A stretch of 58,960 nt of DNA from an uncultured Lachnospiraceae bacterium (GTDB lineage Bacteria > Bacillota > Clostridia > Lachnospirales > Lachnospiraceae), in assembly GCA_902774725.1 (NCBI GenBank), contig CACYJP010000007.1, positions 1-58,960 of the forward strand. Reading direction: 5' to 3'. Shown here piece by piece: positions 18,920 through 30,600 of the stretch (its first letter is position 1; each line of letters opens with the position of its first letter). Below the pieces are notes generated by a model that ran no database searches, was not told the origin of the DNA, and saw only the letters and a program-made list of their open reading frames with translations. The position numbers and the translations under genes are program-made.

Positions 18920-20389
18920 TTATTCCTCCTCTCGACCAACTGATGGAGCCAATATACACTCAACACGTATGTTATATAGATTGGTCTTTTCTTCGAGTGT
19001 GTAACCTGTGTGCTCGACGTTCATAAATATATCTTCATCGAGAAGTCTGTCTATATATTTATATATATCTCCAACCACTTTAGACTTAGCAGTAAAAGCA
19101 ACATGTCCAGATTCCGCATCAAAGCTGAGAATCTCAACATCTGCATAACCTCTGGCTGTCTCTTCAATAGTTTCTATGACCTCATCTGTACAAACAGGAT
19201 AAGAGTCTATAGTCTCAACCACAGTATTGATGGAGTTATATTTCTTCTGCATTGCATCTCTGTCAGCTACCGCAGCTTCGTAATCCGCAACCTTCATCAT
19301 AGTTGTCGGGCTTGAATTATAATCATGATACTCATCATAGTTAGACTTTGCAATAAGCCTCTTTGTAAGGAAGAAGCCAAAAAGAATAAGCATTACAGCA
19401 AGTGTTGTAGCAATTGTTATGACCCTTTTCTTCATAGCCGGGTCCATAACCTTGGCATCCTCTTTCTTAGCATCAAAGTTTGTAAGGAAGTTACTCTCTA
19501 TACCCTGATCAAAAAGACCGGAATAAGCGAAGAGCGCTCTCTGAGCCTGGAAATTCAGATTTGGATCTGAGATACCTGCATTCACGAGTTCAACAGGAGC
19601 ATTTACACCCTGATTAGAAACAACGTAGTTATAATTCGAAAGGTCAGCATTTTCTGTGCCGGCAACTAAAACTCTTTCAATTGGAGCAGTTATTTTCTGT
19701 GTTGTCATAAACTGCTGCAGCTGATTCAGAGAACGAGCCAGATCTTCGAGATATTCCGGCGTTCCAACCTCATTGAAGCACCTAACTGAATTATAGTAGG
19801 TAAATTCACCCTCAACTATAAGAATATTTGAAACAAGATTTCCATTAACAACCTGAAGGATAAATGTACTATTTCCCCTTGCCATAGTATTCTTTACATA
19901 GCCGATGATACTACCCTCAGCAGATATGATACCCTTCAAGGCCACTCCCATATTGGCAAATATATTCATAAACTCTCTGAGCTGCTCCTTCGGAGCCATC
20001 TCAGCATATATCTCAACCTGTTTTTTCTTATTATCACGTTTTAGCTTGGTATAAGCGATAGTATTCTCTTCCTCTTCACGCTGCATGTCAGAGAATTCAC
20101 GTGTTATATAGCTAAATGTTTTCTTTTTATCAAGAACAGGAACATTCAGGTTCTTACTTGCTATTTTATTACTCTTAACAACAAGATATACATCCTTCTT
20201 TGGTATGTTATTAAGTATCCAGAACTCATTCAGGAAATTGCCAAGGACTTCAGGATCCATAACTATACCATTAATGATACATCCCTCTGGCGCAACCGAC
20301 GAATAAACTGCCTGGATCGTTCCTTTTTTCCCACGTTTTCCAACAGCAACCTGGACTATTTGATTGGAAAAATATACACTTACACTCAT
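18920..20389 (-). CDS. PilM-PilN fusion
   Basis: PilM-like N-terminus (IINGIVMDPEVL, LARSLNQL, VLVAG), one TM, PilN-like C-terminus; locus context. Confidence 0.75.
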   Translation of the reverse strand: MSVSVYFSNQIVQVAVGKRGKKGTIQAVYSSVAPEGCIINGIVMDPEVLGNFLNEFWILNNIPKKDVYLVVKSNKIASKNLNVPVLDKKKTFSYITREFSDMQREEEENTIAYTKLKRDNKKKQVEIYAEMAPKEQLREFMNIFANMGVALKGIISAEGSIIGYVKNTMARGNSTFILQVVNGNLVSNILIVEGEFTYYNSVRCFNEVGTPEYLEDLARSLNQLQQFMTTQKITAPIERVLVAGTENADLSNYNYVVSNQGVNAPVELVNAGISDPNLNFQAQRALFAYSGLFDQGIESNFLTNFDAKKEDAKVMDPAMKKRVITIATTLAVMLILFGFFLTKRLIAKSNYDEYHDYNSSPTTMMKVADYEAAVADRDAMQKKYNSINTVVETIDSYPVCTDEVIETIEETARGYADVEILSFDAESGHVAFTAKSKVVGDIYKYIDRLLDEDIFMNVEHTGYTLEEKTNLYNIRVECILAPSVGREEE

Positions 20390-20431
20390 TTATCTACCTC
20401 TGCTTTATAAGTCTGCTTTATTAGTCTACCT

Positions 20432-21640
20432 CTATTTTCCTTGATCTGCGATAGTCTGATACGAACCATAAATAGGTGTAATTACCGCAATCATGATAAA
20501 TCCAACCACAACTGCCATTACAACAATCATAACCGGCTCAACCATAGCAACCAACTTCTCGATAGCTATCTCACTATCGTAGTCCATCTGATCCGCTATT
20601 GAAACAAGCATAGAATCAAGTGCTCCGGTCTCTTCACCTACAGCAACCGATGAAGGAAGCTTCTTTACAAAGCCATCTATCTCGGCAAGTGCATCCGAGA
20701 GAGCCTTACCTGATCTGATTTCAGCTATCATATCATCAAACTGACTTTCAATATATGTATTACCAATCGTTGTTTTTGCTATCTGGAGACATGTAACAAT
20801 TGGAATACCGGCACTGTACATACTTGCAAGAGTTCTTGAAAATCTTGCTGTATAAATGATCTTTCTGAGCTTTCCTATCTTAGGTATATGGAGCTGAACC
20901 TTATCCAGCCACAGTCTTACATCCGGAAGCGATGTAACTATTTTAATAATAATAAATAAAATAATCGCAAAGAATATAAGCAAATACCATTTATTAGCTA
21001 CGAAATCACTTATTCCCATCAATATCTCTGTAGGAGCAGGAAGCTCATCCATCTGCTCAAACATTCCACTAAACTGAGGAAGTACAAATCCCATGATAAC
21101 GATAAGTACAACAACTATCAGAACTCCAAGTATTTTAGGATAAGTTGTCGAGCTCTTTATCTTCTGCTGGAGCTTATACTCTTTACTGTAATACTCAGCC
21201 ATATTTGCAGCAGTCTGATCGAGATTACCACCTGACTCAGCACTTCGCATCATATTGATAAACAAAGTCGGAAATGTATCGCCCTGCTCATCCATCGCAT
21301 CTGAAAGAGTCATTCCGGAACGTACAAGTCTTAGAATATCGGCATATATCTTTCGCTCGTTTTCCTTTATCGACTCATCCTCGGATATGATTCTAAGTGC
21401 TTTTACAAGAGTAACACCGGCAGCAATAAGCTTACTTAAGTTCCTTGCAAAATCAGCTACTCTGTCGTACTTGAGTCTCTTAGATACTCTCCTAACCTTC
21501 TCATCTTCCTTGGAATCAAGAAGCATAAGGCCTTCATTTTTCAGTTTTGTGTGTAGCTCTTCGACATCCGCCGCCTTCTGATATCCGGAAATTACCTTTC
21601 CTTCAGAATCCTGAGCTTTGTACCTAAAGGTTCCCGCCAT
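20432..21640 (-). CDS. pilC: Type IV pilus platform protein PilC/GspF
   Basis: FRYKA, AESGGNL, YP, GEETGALD, VEPVMI; 3 TMs. Confidence 0.93.
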   Translation of the reverse strand: MAGTFRYKAQDSEGKVISGYQKAADVEELHTKLKNEGLMLLDSKEDEKVRRVSKRLKYDRVADFARNLSKLIAAGVTLVKALRIISEDESIKENERKIYADILRLVRSGMTLSDAMDEQGDTFPTLFINMMRSAESGGNLDQTAANMAEYYSKEYKLQQKIKSSTTYPKILGVLIVVVLIVIMGFVLPQFSGMFEQMDELPAPTEILMGISDFVANKWYLLIFFAIILFIIIKIVTSLPDVRLWLDKVQLHIPKIGKLRKIIYTARFSRTLASMYSAGIPIVTCLQIAKTTIGNTYIESQFDDMIAEIRSGKALSDALAEIDGFVKKLPSSVAVGEETGALDSMLVSIADQMDYDSEIAIEKLVAMVEPVMIVVMAVVVGFIMIAVITPIYGSYQTIADQGK

Positions 21641-21701
21641 TTTTCTTTCCCCTCAAAATATAATAAGCCACCTTTTATTGTAAATGCAAATACTACTTAT
21701 G

Positions 21702-22127
21702 TCAACTATTTGTCTCTTTGTCACCATTTCCTCTGACCTTGTCATACAAGATATAAAGTGCTGTTACTATGACGCCCGATAAGAGGAATGCCAGCAATGC
21801 CCATAGACTTATCCCTATACAAAGAGTACATACCACCGCCGATATCCCACCAAGCATCTCTACTATAGTATATCTTGCAGATATCTTCGCCCCGCAGTAC
21901 CTGCACTTTCCTCTTAGACTCACCCACGAAATGATCGGAATCAGATCCTTTCTGGCAAGCTCATGCTTGCAGGTAGTACACATCGACTTTCCAAAGGAAA
22001 ACTGCATTCCTCTTGGAAGTCTGTAAATAATTACATTTAAAAAAGAAAAGATACTTGCGCCGATTGCAAAGAAAATGATTTCTATCAGCGTCCTGGCAAC
22101 AATTATTTGAAATAACCAGATGTCCAT
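21702..22127 (-). CDS. Prepilin peptidase N-terminal (Zn-binding DiS-P-DiS) domain only; no A24 peptidase domain
   Basis: SFLNVIIYRLP, SMCTTC, DLIPIISW..LRGKCRYCGAKIS..Y; ends after 141 aa. Confidence 0.85.
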   Translation of the reverse strand: MDIWLFQIIVARTLIEIIFFAIGASIFSFLNVIIYRLPRGMQFSFGKSMCTTCKHELARKDLIPIISWVSLRGKCRYCGAKISARYTIVEMLGGISAVVCTLCIGISLWALLAFLLSGVIVTALYILYDKVRGNGDKETNS

Positions 22128-22144
22128 CTCCTGCTCCCTAAACG

Positions 22145-22585
22145 CTAATCTATATCATCGTCATCATCAAAGGTATATACATTCATACGATAATCTACAG
22201 CCCACTTGACCTTGCCATTCGCCTTTGTAAATGTGACTAAATAACCACCTTTCGTGTAGGTCATACCAGTCAGCTCATGCAGCTTGTTATCATACGAGGT
22301 AATTCTGTACGTACCCTTAGCATCAATCAGCTCATTAACCTTTTCTACAGTTCCATCCTCCAAACCATACGGTTTATATGGATTATATATAGTTTTCTTT
22401 TCGCCATACATCTCAATATCCGCTGAGCGAAGCGCTACTCGGATATTTTTGGCCTCACGAAGAGCAGTCTTCGCATTTGCTCTTATCTTAAAAAACATAA
22501 AAACTGCTGTTCCAACTATAAGAGCAATCGCAACGACTGCAATCCACTTTGCAACTTTTCTTAAACTTAAACGCGCTAGATCCAT
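22145..22585 (-). CDS. Single-TM protein resembling a pilin but lacking a class III cleavage site
   Basis: TM followed by amphipathic helix AKTALREAKNIRVAL similar to pilin alpha1-C; operon context. Confidence 0.55.
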   Translation of the reverse strand: MDLARLSLRKVAKWIAVVAIALIVGTAVFMFFKIRANAKTALREAKNIRVALRSADIEMYGEKKTIYNPYKPYGLEDGTVEKVNELIDAKGTYRITSYDNKLHELTGMTYTKGGYLVTFTKANGKVKWAVDYRMNVYTFDDDDDID

Positions 22586-22694
22586 TGTCCCCCCAAAATC
22601 TTATGCCTTACTAAGAAGTCACTTTATTTCACACTTTCATACTCTAATAACCAAAAACCTTATAAACTATACTATACATCAAAGCAACACTTGC

Positions 22695-23345
22695 TTATTC
22701 AGTATAATTATACATCTTTACTAATCGATATGCATAGTAATCACCATATTCAGGGCTATGCACCTTCAGGAACACTCCTACTACATCCTTTCCATATGTT
22801 CCCGGATTTGTCAGACCAAATTCGGATGCCCTTCCGAATGTATCTATTTTATCACCTTTTACAAATAATAGTTCTTCTACTGTAAAAGAATTGTATACGC
22901 TCTTATCAAACTTCCAGTTTGTCGCACTGTATTTATCTCCGATGTCATAATAATAAACAACAAGTTCACCGGAATCGGCATAAACCTTTACTTTTGTACC
23001 GGTTTTATCAGTTAGAATTACAGCATTACCTGTATCTAAAGAGCCACCCGAATCAGCTCCCGCCGCATTCTGTATCCTTAAGTTTTCACCTACGGCCTCT
23101 TTATTATACTCTGAACCATCTATTTCAGATTCTACCTTCTCCAGGATAATATCTGTTACCTGTCTGGCATAATTCTCACGTTTTATCTCATAATACATAG
23201 ATGTCGTTGTTCCTATTATTGCCGCAGCGGACGCAAGGAATATAGCCAGCAGTGCAAAGCTGACAATCATCTCTATAAGAGTCATACCCTTATTCTTTAT
23301 GAAGTTGTTTCTTAATCTCAACTTACATTTTTTCATAGATATCAT
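22695..23345 (-). CDS. Minor pilin
   Basis: KNKG|MTLIE class III signal. Confidence 0.85.
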   Translation of the reverse strand: MISMKKCKLRLRNNFIKNKGMTLIEMIVSFALLAIFLASAAAIIGTTTSMYYEIKRENYARQVTDIILEKVESEIDGSEYNKEAVGENLRIQNAAGADSGGSLDTGNAVILTDKTGTKVKVYADSGELVVYYYDIGDKYSATNWKFDKSVYNSFTVEELLFVKGDKIDTFGRASEFGLTNPGTYGKDVVGVFLKVHSPEYGDYYAYRLVKMYNYTE

Positions 23346-23363
23346 CCTTGCCTAAAAAACAGA

Positions 23364-23834
23364 TTAATTTCCTGAATAAGTTTTATGTTCAAACATAATA
23401 GCTTTAGGTATAGCGAGATTCTCACTACTTACAGTTGAATCATCCGGATCATACGTAAAGCAATTTGCGTCTATTTCAGTTACCCAAAGTTCAACATTTT
23501 TATCATCGTCAGGAGTTATATAAAACAGAGGGCCCTTATACTTTCCATCACTAATTTCTACGTTATTAGTTGTAAACCTCTCCCGCTTTACTTTATCAAA
23601 ACTCTCACTATTCTTTATTTCTATGCTATAAATGCACTTATTAAAAGTCTGCATGATCCTTCCGGTATCCATAGCTCGCATTCTAAGTTCAGAAGACAGG
23701 AATATGGCTCTGGTAAGAGCAACAAGAATCACCATAAGAACAACAAAGGAAACCAGAACCTCCATCATTGTTGTACCCTTGTCATTATAAAGAACATTGT
23801 TTATTCTGTTTTTCAAGTTCTTTATCTTTCTCAT
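23364..23834 (-). CDS. Minor pilin
   Basis: NDKG|TTMME class III signal. Confidence 0.8.
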   Translation of the reverse strand: MRKIKNLKNRINNVLYNDKGTTMMEVLVSFVVLMVILVALTRAIFLSSELRMRAMDTGRIMQTFNKCIYSIEIKNSESFDKVKRERFTTNNVEISDGKYKGPLFYITPDDDKNVELWVTEIDANCFTYDPDDSTVSSENLAIPKAIMFEHKTYSGN

Positions 23835-24616
23835 TCTTCTTTTCTCCCGTCATAAACCCATCTCCAACGTTCGTCAGGATTTATTACACAATTATTACTG
23901 TATGTGGAATTTACCCCATAAGATTCTTCTATTTTGGTCTTCTCAGCCTCTTCTTCAGTATTACTCAAATCATATTTTCTGACGGACAGATGATATCTGT
24001 TTTTTACTGTATATGACTGGCTTGCCGATTCACAAGTAATCTCCAAAAACAGTCTTATTTCAGATTTGCCCATCGTCGACAGACTGGAAACATCGATATT
24101 CTTAAGGAAATCAAATTCCTCGTCATCTTCATGCTCTTCATATAACGATTCCGGCATCATCCAGTAAGCCTTTATCTTTACCTCACCAGGATAACCATCT
24201 ATAGTCGACTTACCACTCGGTATATAATTAGGATTTACTTTCATGCTGAAAGTCTTTGCCGCATCGTCGATTTTATGTCCTTCCAATGCCGGCTCATAAA
24301 AAGGCCAGTCATTTTGCAACAAATGAAATCTGAGATAGATCCAGAAGTCGCTGTTTATGTATGCATTTGGATTCGCAGTCTCATCAAGCTCCGCCCCCAT
24401 AGCTGTACTCAACGTGTTCGCAGCTTCAGAACACTTTTTGCTTGCAACCTTCTTATTCTGTGAAGAATAAAGCGTATAGGAAACAAGCAGAAGAGAAAAG
24501 GTGAAAACCATGAGAACGGCAACGACAATAATAGCTACTACCATTGCCGCTCCACGGTTCTTATTCTTCGAAGAGATAATCATATATTCAGTTTTATTAG
24601 TATTGTTACTTAGCAT
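23831..24616 (-). CDS. PilX/GspK-like minor pilin (no Glu5)
   Basis: KNRG|AAMVV followed by a hydrophobic helix. Confidence 0.75.
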   Translation of the reverse strand: MLSNNTNKTEYMIISSKNKNRGAAMVVAIIVVAVLMVFTFSLLLVSYTLYSSQNKKVASKKCSEAANTLSTAMGAELDETANPNAYINSDFWIYLRFHLLQNDWPFYEPALEGHKIDDAAKTFSMKVNPNYIPSGKSTIDGYPGEVKIKAYWMMPESLYEEHEDDEEFDFLKNIDVSSLSTMGKSEIRLFLEITCESASQSYTVKNRYHLSVRKYDLSNTEEEAEKTKIEESYGVNSTYSNNCVINPDERWRWVYDGRKEE

Positions 24617-24646
24617 ATATTATCCCTTTTCACTCAGTCTCTGTCA

Positions 24647-27600
24647 CTAATTTGGATCAACAAACATGCCTTCTTTTCCGGTTCCAAAATAATCCGGATT
24701 ATCTATGAATGCCTCTATAAACCATTTATCAAATTGGTTAAATCTTGTTTCAGCATTTACATTTACATCATTCGGATCATATGTAAAGTTCGCATAAGTA
24801 CCAGTGGTCAGGTTTTCTTTTACAACCCCGCTTCTTGAATATGCAAGATTGAATGATGACATACCTCTGTCATTAACAAGCAACTGCTTTGACCAATGAT
24901 CACTGCTTACAGCTGTCTGCCAATCCTCGGTTGAATTGACTAAATACATACTACCATTTTCGAAAATACTGGTAGAAGAAACGTTTCCTTCTGTCGCCAT
25001 ATCATAAGTGTAAACATTATTTTTATCTGCCAGATACTTTTCATTATGCTGTTCAGTATTGTCAAACCAAGTAATCGCACCATAATGATTCGCCTGACAA
25101 ATGTCTGTTTTGGGATTACCATTTGCATCCGTATAGTCAAGCAAAATGTCTATCTTGGTTGGTTTAATACTAGCGCCGTTGCAATCCACACAGTTAATAT
25201 CATCGTAGAACAAATACGGATCTGATGGACAACTTGCCAGATTAAACTTTCTATATCTGTACACCTTCTGTTCATCACCATTTGAATCTAAATAACTAAG
25301 AATCACTGTATATTCCTGATTATTTCCGCTATCAAATGGTTGACTCCAGTATAACCTAATTTTCTGAGCATCAAGACCGTTACTAGGCGAACTAATATCA
25401 TAAGAAATATGATATGTTTTATTGGTGTAGTTATCTAGCCAAATCTCCTTGAAATAACTGTTATTATCTGTAGGCATGCTCGTTTGAGATGGGGCAGCCT
25501 GACTCATAATTCCATTATTATTACCTTGTCCATCAGTAAAATGTCCAGAAAGCTTCAGTTCACTGCTAGTAGCATCATAATCAATTATCTTGCTGATATC
25601 ATTTATGTAATGCTTACCACTTCCATCCATATAGTAAGCACAACAATATAGTATGTTCGCTCCCCACGGATTGTAATCCTTCAAAACCGAATAATGAAAT
25701 TCTACATTTATACCGTAAATATCAACATTAGAAGGTGCTTCTATTTCAGCCATTTTAGTATATTCATTCATTATAACAGAAGATGTTACAGCCGGACCTG
25801 CAGGAACTGTTTTACCATTTGCATCCTTAGTTAAAAACTCCACATCAAATACATAAGTGTAACCTGGAGCATAACCATCATTTCCGAATACTAATGTGAA
25901 ATTTTTCATTTTTAAGCTACGAGGTTCACCCGCCTCGTTCAATACGCTATAGACTATACTTACATCTTCATTATTATTTACACCCATCGACCAAGTAGTT
26001 TGTCTCGACCCATCCACTTCTTCTTTATTGTACATCTTGTCGGCCATACCAGCTAAGGAACAATCTATATTAAAATATGCTTTTCCTTTGTTATTTATAT
26101 CAACAGGTGTGGATGATCCACCACTCTGACTATCTGAGGTATAACCCGAGATATAAAAATTCTTAGTAAGGTTATTTGATGCCATTGGCGCAACAGGATC
26201 ACCAATGTTTGTCACACTTCTATTACCTGCCTCAAGATTTTTATTTATATCTCCAACTCCGGCACCGGCTATACCATATGTACTAGCTGTACCAGTTAGA
26301 TTTCCATAATTACGGCAATATGTAATTATATCCTTTCCACCCGCTTTAGAAACTATTCCGGCAGCATCTTTTCCGGATATATCACCAAGATTCACGCACT
26401 TTGTTATTGCAGAATTTCTATTAACGTTTGTATTAATACTTGTACCATCAGCAGCTGCGATACCACCTGCAAAACCATCTGTAGATGTAATCTTTCCGGT
26501 ATTCTTACATCCAGCTATTATACCGTTTGAATTCAGATATCTCGGTGTGTCTCCTTGTTTATCAAGCGTAATAACTGCTTCTTTAGTAGCGTTGTTATTG
26601 TTATAAAGGATAGATGTCACATTGGTTCCATTAACGCCCGCAAATGCACCTACTCCGCCACTACCATAACTAAACTCAGTTGCGTTTTCACAATATAGAA
26701 TCTTACCAGCATTAACCTCAGTAAGTCCTCCAAGATATGTTGCATTTTCCGCTTTATAATTATTCTCAGGAACTGCCACTTCGTTCGTGCAGGTCTCTAC
26801 TGTCATTCCTCTAGGAATTCTTCCTATAACGCCACCTAAATATGCAAACTTATCAGTATTAGTGCCATCTGCGCTCTTCATCTCATTTACGCTTTCTGCA
26901 CCAATAGATCCTGTCGCATTCAGATTCGCTTTATTGATAAAATTCTTAAATGTCAGCTTGGTTCCATCTGGTACATAACCAAAGAATCCACCTGCAAAAA
27001 GCTCAGAATTAACCGATACAGCAGACTCAAAAAACTTACCATTAGCATTAGTAGCCATATCCACGGTGTATGAATTTGCTATCTCCTGCGAGAAGATGCC
27101 ACTTTCAATATCACTATTCACGATAGTATTAAATGCAGATGCAGCATCCATATAATAGCCTTCAGATTTCAAACTTTCAGCTACATTGTACAAATTGCCG
27201 TTTGGCACATTGTTTATATCCTTACTAGAAAAATGATATCCTGAACTAGCGATAGAATAGAGTCCTACAACACTTCCACCAAATACAGTCGTATTAACTG
27301 ATGAATCATACACATATACATAGTTATTTTTACCACTTTGTGTTCTGTTCATAACAGTAGAAAGTATATGTGGATTTGGTTGTGCAGTGAAATAATTATC
27401 CTTATCTGTTTTAATTGTATCAAGTGCGCCAAAACATCCACCGGTAAAATATTTTCCATTAACATCAACACCGGAAATCTCAGCATAATATCCAGGATAT
27501 GAAGACTCACAGACTCCTATAAAGCCTCCGGTATATGCTATTCCATTAACAGAAATCCTATTGTCACTGCTCATTTTTATTTTTGCAGTGACATAATTAT

Positions 27601-30600
27601 TACTTCCATCTTTATCAGTGTGTTTAGCAACTCCGATATATCCACCTACAGCGTATCTACCATAAACCTTATAAGGGGTTGTAATAGCTTGTGTATTATC
27701 AAAATTAGTATCTGTACCGCCATTACTCTTTACATGATTATCAAACTTTTTAGATACATAGCCTCCGAATCCTCCGACTACATCTCTTCCAATGACAACC
27801 ATTCCATCTATCCCTCTACCGGTAGAATTCTTGATTGAAGGATAAAAATTGTATGGATTAGTGTATCTATCATCTACGGTTCCGAAAGCTCCGCCCACAT
27901 AATCCTGTCCAAATACAATAGCATCTATATTTGAGTTCGATAATTCATTTCTATTACCATGGATAGATTCTCTGTTTAAAAATCCGTATCTACGGACAGT
28001 TCCAACAAGTCCGCCTACACATGTTCCACCAAAAGATGAACCCTCTATTTTGTTAATAACTGTCTCAGTATTATCTAAATCATCTTCTGTTATACCCACA
28101 AGAGTCAGTAAGTAATCCTTAGTATCTTCACTCTGGATATTATCACAGACCTCTATAGGATTAAGACACGCACCAGCTATACCACCTATCATCCCACTTC
28201 CAACATTTGGATTTCGTATTCCGGAATATCGGTCAGTATCACTTGATTTTTCTAATACATAATTTAAATTCTTATCATTCTTGACACCAAGAACAATCCC
28301 CTTATTACATAATTTAATAATGAAACGATTTCTATATTTTTTATCTCCATGTGGAGTAAGCTTCTGAAGATCACCTTCCACATCGTTGGAAATAACACAT
28401 GATGGCTGACTTGCTTCATTTAAAGCAGGCTCTTTAAAGTTAAGACTATAATGAGTTATATCTCCTATTCCAAATGCGCCTGCTATTCCGCCAACATATC
28501 TCTCGCCGATAACAAGATTCTTATTTATAGCGGAATATGAGCTACTAGATCCTTCAGCTAAAACAATTCTGCTCTCATCCGAACACCCAATTAATCCGCC
28601 TACATAATTCTGACCTATTACAAAAGGAATCTCATCTCCGGAAAAATCAGCATCAGTTGTATTATCATTATTACACTCTATTATATTGGTAAGTCTTGCG
28701 TAACCTATAAGTCCACCAACATAGCAGTCTCTACAGCCTGAATCGCCATTAGCAAATAGTGCCATCTTGCTTTCGCTTAGTTCGTCTTTCTTTACATAAA
28801 GAGTTTCACTCTTGCAATTCTCAACTTTTACATACTGTATGCTTCCATTGTCGTAGTATCTTTTGCTTACATAATCCTGAATAGCTGCTACCGCATTATT
28901 CATACTACTGTCATCTATTATTAATCCATCCTGAGTGATTCCGGCTATTCCACCTATAAATGCACAGTGGCGGAATGAATCACCCGCTATTGTCTTTCCT
29001 TCAAATCTATAAGACTCATTATAAATCATTGGATCACCAGTGACGTGACCAGTATTTTCACAGTCTTTAACCGAAACTGTTTTTGCTCTGAATATATAAG
29101 CTCTAGACATAGACTTATATGTATCAGTTATATCGTATCCATCATGATATAGATTCTTTCTTGTATCCGAAGCCCAACGTCCCGGATCACCCTGAGAAGT
29201 ATTATTCACATCATTTATGTAGTGAACATACACTCTACCTACTATTCCACCGACGTTTTCATAACCGGTAACCTCGGCATTATTCTTCAGATTGCTTAAT
29301 TCAACATCTTTATCCGGTGACGCACTAAACGACTGACGTCCGACAATTCCACCGACATCAGTTCTTCCGTTGATATGCGTCTTATTATCTGTTGCAAGAA
29401 GAGTAAGACCTGATACATCTCCTATGTTATTTCCGGCAAAGCCACCTACCATATTGGTATAAATGATATTCTTATCCGAATCGTTTCTAAGGACCTCCAT
29501 CCCCCTTACCACATGTTTATCAAGAGTAATGTTCTGTATAGTACCAAGATTCTCGGCGAAAAGACCGAGTGGTAGCATACCTCTTCTTGAGAGTCCATCA
29601 GCTCCAAGAATCTCAGTAAAATCATCACTCATGCAGTGTTTCTTAATATCTGTATACTTTTGCTTATCTTCTGCGGAGTATGACGGATCATAGAAAACCG
29701 AATCATAAACTCCGTAACGGATATTATCAGTAATAGATATAGTCAGATTGCTAATCTTATAATTATTCTTTGTGGCATCATCAGGATCAAATGCATTTTC
29801 CTGAATAAAGGAGTCACCCTTTGAAAGACATCTGTAACCCGGGTAAGGAATGTTCTTTGTATCACCAATTTCCAGATCGATTCCACTATCAACAAATTCG
29901 TCAAACGAATTCAAGAAGAAATTAGTATTCGAGTCACCAGCCTTACCAACAAATTCAGCCCAGTCAATATTCTCTGTAAGCTTAAATTCATTCTTTATTT
30001 CAGACTTCGACTTATAATCTGTCTCATATCTCATATTAAAGAGATGTCTTCCGTTCTTTATATCTATAAGTCGCTTATTTATATCTACAGTATCTTTAGC
30101 ATAACTGTTAAACGCTATACACTCTCCTATCGGATCATCTTCTTTAGTAGCAAGATCCTTATGATAAGCGTATCCATCAGGATTATACGCCTGCTTTTCA
30201 GCAGTTGTTCCATTTTCATCCATCATAGCTTTGTAATAAGCATATGATTCAGCCTGTACATCTGCAGCATCTAAAATGATATGCATATCCCCGCTATTAC
30301 TATCTATCCACACCGGGAATCTGCACTGATATGCGTTTGAGTCAGATGAATATTTACCTGAATTAAATATTATATAATTGTCATTACCCGCATTAGTTTT
30401 TGCAACCTGCGGATTAGCTACAGCATTATTAATTCCCTCTTCAACTGAAGTGGCTTTATAGTTTGCATAATTATAAGTCAAACTAAAATCAAGAATTGAC
30501 GCATCTCCCGATCCAGGATCGCCATTAAACAATGAAAAAACAAGCGTTCTGTCTACATTATCATTATTAAAGATCTTTCCAGTACCATCATGAACGATCA

